A DNA stretch of 64,000 nucleotides, taken from contig CAZMWU010000001.1 in the NCBI GenBank assembly GCA_964570195.1, positions 7,433 to 71,432 of the forward strand, in the 5' to 3' direction. The notes below the pieces were generated by a model. That model was not told the DNA's origin. It searched no databases and saw nothing but the letters and a program-made list of their open reading frames with translations. Made by a program: the position numbers and the translations under genes. Positions 59,261-64,000 of the stretch are shown here, in pieces. How positions within the stretch are numbered: the first letter of the stretch is position 1; each line of letters begins with the position of its first letter. The DNA comes from an uncultured archaeon (GTDB lineage Archaea > Aenigmatarchaeota > Aenigmatarchaeia > CG10238-14 > SCSR01).

Positions 59261-61054
59261 ATGAGAATGCCTAGGATACCCCTGCATTTGGCATTGGCTT
59301 TAGCGCTTGGCACAGGAATAGTAGGTTATTCACTACCTAATCATTCAAGAGTTTACCAATTCTTAAGAGATACACCATCAACAGCCCGAGAATATGGTAG
59401 AGAACTGTGGGAAGCACTACCTTTCACAGAAAAAGAAGCATATCCTATAACCTCACCAGTTAGCTATACATCAACTAAGGAAGAAAAATTTACATCAATC
59501 GCACGCAGGTATTCTGGGTCATCTCCTCTGGCTATGACAAAAGATAAGAATTCAGGAGTGTTATTGCCAGGGCAAACAATAACAATAAACCCAATCACAA
59601 CTGTGATTCACGTACCTCCTGAAATATGGACGATGGCATACGGCGACCCCAGAAATGTTCCGTATATTAGAAAGATAGTGAAACGAGGCGACGAACCTGA
59701 TAAAATTTCTGTAAAAATAGAAGATGTGATTACAGGAGATTTGGGGTTGGGGCGTCCTGAAGATGTAGCCGTTGTTAGCATAATTGGACAGTTAGGTGAG
59801 AGTAGAAGCCCCTTATTATTAATCGGACGAAATGGGAAGGTGGTTTCCGTACCTTTTAGCAGGGGAGAGTATGGCAGTGGATATGTTGGGGCAATAATAA
59901 ATACAACGGATGTAACTGGCGACAATAGTCCAGAAATTATTGTTCAAGAAAGGGACATGGATTCTAATCCATGGATTCACCCAAGATTATTGCATATTTT
60001 TCGACGAAATGAAAAAGGAGATTTTCAAAACCACCCCACTTATGCAGCAGGCATTACATTAATAGAGGATGCAGACGGAAACAACATCCCTGATATATTT
60101 TCTGCTTGGTGGATACCTGCACCAGAGTTTGGTGTTAAAATCAACAGAGGACTTACATACGACCCCAAAACACTAAACATTTTAAGAACTGAATGGGTTC
60201 CAAACCCACATCCAGGAGGTTTTCTGAGCCTGACGCGAGATGAGTATAACGCACCTGAAAACATAAAAGTAGCACTGGCTACAGATTTTTTAATCAATAA
60301 CCCCAACTATCCTGAAATTTCCCGCGAGATTGAGCAGGGGCTGATAACAACATCTTCTCAATTATCTGAGATACTCAAATCATCACAACGTTCTCTTATA
60401 GATAGGATAGGATCTAATGCTTATACGCAAGCTGCAACTTTTGCAGGTAGACTAGAAATTAACAAAGGAGAAATTCTAACTTCATTGCTTTCTCCAAATC
60501 CCGAGCAAGCTATTGAGGTCGCAGAGCAGGTTCTAAGGACGTCAGACCGCCATATTATCGATTTGGCTCTTAGGGAAGCGGGGGAGGATCTTTATGTAGT
60601 CGACCTAGAAACAGATTTGGCACGACCTCTTTGGGAATATCTATCAGATGTTAGTGCGGAACGGGGTGAATTGAATGTCAGGGTTGGCGTGGAACCCCTT
60701 GCAGCATATCTTTTAACAGCATACTTGAACAATGTTGTGCCATGGGCAATCGATCAGCCGGCAGCCCTCCTTCTAACACGGGATATAGCATTGATGCCAG
60801 GAAACAGTTATGTAACAGTCAGATTAAGGCCTGACGAGAGAGGCGATTTAAAGTTATCCGGAGGATTTGAAACCGGTGAAAACGTAAGGAGATTAAATAA
60901 TGCAGTGAACTCTTATGTAATGGATAAACAACCTGAACTCGATAGATTTGAAGAGAAAATTAGGTCGGGTACTGGCATAAGGAGCATGCTGCAGACATGG
61001 GGAGAAATAGGGTTGGATACAATCGAACAACTAAGAAGACGGTTAAAAGAATAA
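59261..61054 (+). CDS. Large secreted hypothetical protein (597 aa).
   Basis: N-terminal signal-like MRMPRIPLHLALALALGTGIVG; Arg/Gly/Pro-richer composition than its neighbours. Confidence 0.4.
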   Translation: MRMPRIPLHLALALALGTGIVGYSLPNHSRVYQFLRDTPSTAREYGRELWEALPFTEKEAYPITSPVSYTSTKEEKFTSIARRYSGSSPLAMTKDKNSGVLLPGQTITINPITTVIHVPPEIWTMAYGDPRNVPYIRKIVKRGDEPDKISVKIEDVITGDLGLGRPEDVAVVSIIGQLGESRSPLLLIGRNGKVVSVPFSRGEYGSGYVGAIINTTDVTGDNSPEIIVQERDMDSNPWIHPRLLHIFRRNEKGDFQNHPTYAAGITLIEDADGNNIPDIFSAWWIPAPEFGVKINRGLTYDPKTLNILRTEWVPNPHPGGFLSLTRDEYNAPENIKVALATDFLINNPNYPEISREIEQGLITTSSQLSEILKSSQRSLIDRIGSNAYTQAATFAGRLEINKGEILTSLLSPNPEQAIEVAEQVLRTSDRHIIDLALREAGEDLYVVDLETDLARPLWEYLSDVSAERGELNVRVGVEPLAAYLLTAYLNNVVPWAIDQPAALLLTRDIALMPGNSYVTVRLRPDERGDLKLSGGFETGENVRRLNNAVNSYVMDKQPELDRFEEKIRSGTGIRSMLQTWGEIGLDTIEQLRRRLKE

Positions 61055-61102
61055 TCAACAAATTAGATATTTAAATACTCGCCAAAACAAATATAAAGTT
61101 AA

Positions 61103-61426
61103 GTGAAATTAATGAAAGCTGTCGCGGTTCCTTATATCATAGCTATTCTTCTTGGTGTTGGTGTCATCGGGTTAGTAGGTTATTGGTTATTTGTTTCCGG
61201 AGGTCAGTTCGGCGGCGGAGCCGCATCTCAACAATGCAGGACAGATTTTCTACAAACCTGCCAGAGCTGGGCGGCTGGTGGATATTTAGCAGATAACCCT
61301 GCTGATAATGGTGTTTTTAAGCACGCAGATGATAATGTTTGCATGAAGCAAGTGACAGGTAAAACCGACATGGACGATGCCACTAAAGCCATATACAGGT
61401 CTTCCTGTACAGTGGCTGGTGCTTAA
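61103..61426 (+). CDS. Pilin-like protein with a class-III signal peptide and a Cys-containing domain (paralog 4).
   Basis: MKLMKA|VAVPYIIAILLGVGVIG N-terminus. Confidence 0.5.
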   Translation: MKLMKAVAVPYIIAILLGVGVIGLVGYWLFVSGGQFGGGAASQQCRTDFLQTCQSWAAGGYLADNPADNGVFKHADDNVCMKQVTGKTDMDDATKAIYRSSCTVAGA

Positions 61427-61451
61427 TTTCTATATTTTCTAAATCTATTAT

Positions 61452-61742
61452 ATGTCCAAAGCCGTTGCAACGCAAGCTGTTTTCCTGGTGGGCGTCATCG
61501 CCATTCTATTTTTCTTCATAACCGCTATTTTCTTCGGCTGGATTAAAGGAACTAAAATAGTTACCACTCAAGCTACATGTGTAGTGAAGCAAAGGAGCTA
61601 TTGCAGTGAATGGTCTGTAGCAGGAAAGGAGCCTGACTGGTGGGGAGAAAGGGAGCCTAAGAATTGTGAGAGCGCGGACTTTCAAATAACCAAACCTAGT
61701 TGTAACGACTGTAAGAAGATATACTCTGCTATGAGATGCTAA
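61452..61742 (+). CDS. Pilin-like protein with a class-III signal peptide and a Cys-rich domain (paralog 5).
   Basis: MSKA|VATQAVFLVGVIAILFFF N-terminus; 7 Cys. Confidence 0.5.
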   Translation: MSKAVATQAVFLVGVIAILFFFITAIFFGWIKGTKIVTTQATCVVKQRSYCSEWSVAGKEPDWWGEREPKNCESADFQITKPSCNDCKKIYSAMRC

Positions 61743-61769
61743 TAATTTATCAGAAAACAAAATAATCTT

Positions 61770-62141
61770 ATGTTGAAAGGCTCCGCCGCCACAAACGCCC
61801 TTACCATTGTAGGTGTGGGACTTGTGAGCGTAATAATGTTTGCCCAAGTCCCTGACATGGTAAAAGATATAAGATTGGTTTTGTCGAAAGATTCTGTCAT
61901 AGCAAAATCGGCAGAGATAGCAGATTTGTTAACTCGCACAGCATCAGTGCCAGGGGACATCAAAATTACCCATAAACTATCCGATGAAGTTTCTTACACC
62001 ATTTCGATTAAAAACGGTTATGTAAATATCAGCACTGAAAACGATTGGGCGGTGTCAAAGACATTTTCGAATGTGGAATTCGAGTCAGAAAATGTAAAGT
62101 CACTCCTGATAACAAAAACTAGTATCATAAAGGTTGAATGA
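61770..62141 (+). CDS. Pilin-like protein (class-III-like N-terminus, no Cys-rich domain).
   Basis: MLKG|SAATNALTIVGVGLVSVIMF N-terminus. Confidence 0.4.
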   Translation: MLKGSAATNALTIVGVGLVSVIMFAQVPDMVKDIRLVLSKDSVIAKSAEIADLLTRTASVPGDIKITHKLSDEVSYTISIKNGYVNISTENDWAVSKTFSNVEFESENVKSLLITKTSIIKVE

Positions 62142-62769
62142 TATGAAAAAAGGGCAACAATCGGCAGAGATATTATTCTCAGTTACCATTGCTGTGCTTC
62201 TTGCAGGAATCCTTTTACCAGCGATTCCTCTTGGTCAAGCAACTAAAATAGCTCCAGAAGTGCAAGCCAAGGAATTTGAAAACAAGGCGATTATTTTAGC
62301 AAATTCCTTTTTGGACAATCCGGATTTAATTTATTCTGATTCTTACGGTTCTTATCATGGGATGTTCGATACAACAAATTTCGAAAATATTTTTTATGAA
62401 AGCGATTCTGATTCAGCCTTGTACACATGCAAGCCAAATCTAAGCAATTGCAAACTACCGACTTATCCAGAGACTTTCGCATTGGTGATAGTTGTTGATA
62501 TAGAAAACGATAATGGGTGGTTCACCGGTACACACAGGTTGACTGGTTCAGAGTCACAAGTTACCAATATAATTTCATGTTTCCAAAATAGAGTAACCAT
62601 AAATTATCCCGACTTGTTCAAGGCTGGCTCTTATACAGCCGAAGTTTTAGAATTAGACAATTGTAATTTACACAGATATTCGCATCTTAATTTAGTTTTT
62701 CCTGTCTCACTCAGATATTCAGACGGCAGGATTAACAAGGGCGTACTAAAAGTTCTGGTGGTCGAATGA
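62134..62769 (+). CDS. Pilin-like protein with a bacterial-type-IV-pilin-like N-terminus.
   Basis: MNDMKKG|QQSAEILFSVTIAVLLAGIL, with Gly at -1 and Glu at +5. Confidence 0.45.
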   Translation: MNDMKKGQQSAEILFSVTIAVLLAGILLPAIPLGQATKIAPEVQAKEFENKAIILANSFLDNPDLIYSDSYGSYHGMFDTTNFENIFYESDSDSALYTCKPNLSNCKLPTYPETFALVIVVDIENDNGWFTGTHRLTGSESQVTNIISCFQNRVTINYPDLFKAGSYTAEVLELDNCNLHRYSHLNLVFPVSLRYSDGRINKGVLKVLVVE

Positions 62770-63200
62770 AATCGCAATCCATACTTGACATACCTTTGAT
62801 GGGAACAATAGCAATAATAATTATTCCATTGTCTATAATACTTCCCCCCACCATAATTAAAATGACACTCGACAAAGAAATTGTATATACCTTCGAATAT
62901 GAAAAGACACAGTATACTTTACTTGCATTGCTGTCGTCTACCTATAATGGCAATCATTTATACGAAATAATCGCGAACAATATCGACAACCCCGAGAATT
63001 TAGAATTTTTAAAAGATGATATTAACAAACTTGTAGAATCCAAGTGTTATACCATCCAAGTCGGCGACGGAAACGAGTTCGCTCCTATAGTCGAGAGCGG
63101 CAGTTGCAACAAAAAATACACTTTCACTACAATAATTACACTTCCCTATAGCCCTGATTCTAAATCACGTGTAAAATTGTTGAGGATTGATGTAGGATGA
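62766..63200 (+). CDS. Small protein with an N-terminal TM helix (possible minor pilin).
   Basis: MKSQSILDIPLMGTIAIIIIPLSIIL N-terminus; ATGA-coupled in the pilin operon. Confidence 0.3.
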   Translation: MKSQSILDIPLMGTIAIIIIPLSIILPPTIIKMTLDKEIVYTFEYEKTQYTLLALLSSTYNGNHLYEIIANNIDNPENLEFLKDDINKLVESKCYTIQVGDGNEFAPIVESGSCNKKYTFTTIITLPYSPDSKSRVKLLRIDVG

Positions 63201-64000
63201 AATCGGTAGTTAACGCAGCAGTAACTGCGGTAGTAGGAGTGTTGGTTGTTATTGGAGTTACGTCACTTGCTCTTGTAAACCAATCCCATGCCTTAACAAA
63301 GGGTGTTAACGAGAGAAACATAGTCGAATCGATAAACCAAATGGAACTGATTAAAAAGGCCATCCATCAATCCGCAATAGACTCTATTTACCAGGAAGCA
63401 TACACACTTGCAAAATATGGCGGATACGGGGATTACAACGGTGAATGCGACTCAAAGCTGATAGAGGGTTACCAGATGGAATTGCCATACTGGAAAGCCT
63501 TTGGAAATAATTGTTTTCCGACACCTTCAGTAAAATTTGAATCCGAGCTGAAAGACACAATATTTGAAAAGTTCGGACAATATCTAGGTTCCATTAAAGA
63601 CAAGTTTAGTTCAGAGTTGACTATACCGAAATATCTAGGCGGGGGCAATGAGAACTGCCCTGCAAGTTACACTTATTCAAAAGAGGAAAAAACATGCATA
63701 TGCGATTTTAGCGAAGAAGAGGAAGAACTTTGTTATCTTGGCATACAATATTACACATCTGTCAAAATTTTTGACGATTTGACAATTGTCCATCTACCTG
63801 CTACCGACAAAATGAAATTCGCAAATGAGAAGTTAGAACTCACGGACGATATAACTCTGTTGAAAACAGTCAAAATACTTTTAGGGAAATTAATTGACAT
63901 CGGTGAAGAAAATTTTGTCAATAAGGATCCTGTTTCTTCTTCAATTGAAAATGCAAACCAGAAAATGAATAGTGTCGCCTATCCTGGAGCAACAAAAGAT
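63198..64000 (+). CDS. Pilin-like Cys-containing protein, 3'-truncated by the window end. It is not in the ORF track.
   Basis: ATG at 63198 and an open frame to position 64000 with no stop; N-terminus MKSVVNAAVTAVVGVLVVIGVTSLALV. Confidence 0.4.

Noticed and set aside
1-64000. Transposases, integrases, toxin-antitoxin pairs or rRNA genes.
   Set aside because: No DDE/RNase-H-like transposase motifs, tyrosine-recombinase R..H..R..Y tetrad, terminal inverted repeats or rRNA-like conserved stretches were noticed on either strand.

Overview
This is a 64 kb AT-rich archaeal chromosomal window. The archaeal assignment rests on an HMfB-type histone, RadA, ribosomal proteins S3Ae and S15P, KEOPS Bud32, AglB/STT3, a family-B DNA polymerase and TATA boxes about 25 bp upstream of starts. 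It is possibly a Nitrososphaerota/Thaumarchaeota-like lineage, but the lineage cannot be fixed without a database search. Three blocks are visible.

(1) Positions 1-2444 carry a family-B DNA polymerase.

(2) Positions 2.4-38 kb form a very AT-rich cell-surface glycosylation island of more than 35 genes. It includes a sugar-1-P nucleotidyltransferase, an Alg13/Alg14-like pair, a WbpB/WbpD/WbpE/WbpA-like 2,3-diacetamido-sugar pathway, two DegT aminotransferases, GT2/GT4/GT-C glycosyltransferases, a Wzx-like flippase, an AglH-like phosphosugar transferase, several SAM methyltransferases including a sugar C-methyltransferase and an FkbM type, two alkaline-phosphatase-superfamily enzymes, and the AglB oligosaccharyltransferase.

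(3) Positions 38-48 kb are a housekeeping stretch: histone, RPA-like SSB, RadA, Bud32, S15, S3Ae, a site-2 protease, tRNA-Leu(CAG), a Trm5/Taw2-like methyltransferase and diphthine synthase. It is followed by four tandem paralogous polytopic membrane proteins, two coiled-coil proteins and a cupredoxin-like protein.

From 52.4 kb to the window end there is an archaeal type-IV-pilus-like locus. It has a FlaI/TadA/VirB11-family ATPase, a FlaJ/TadC-like platform protein, and at least 11 small proteins with class-III (prepilin-like) signal-peptide N-termini. Most of these carry cysteine-rich C-terminal domains, and the locus also encodes two larger secreted proteins. This pilus/secretion locus with multiple Cys-rich pilin-like paralogs is the most unusual system in the window.

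No CRISPR array, transposase or rRNA was seen.
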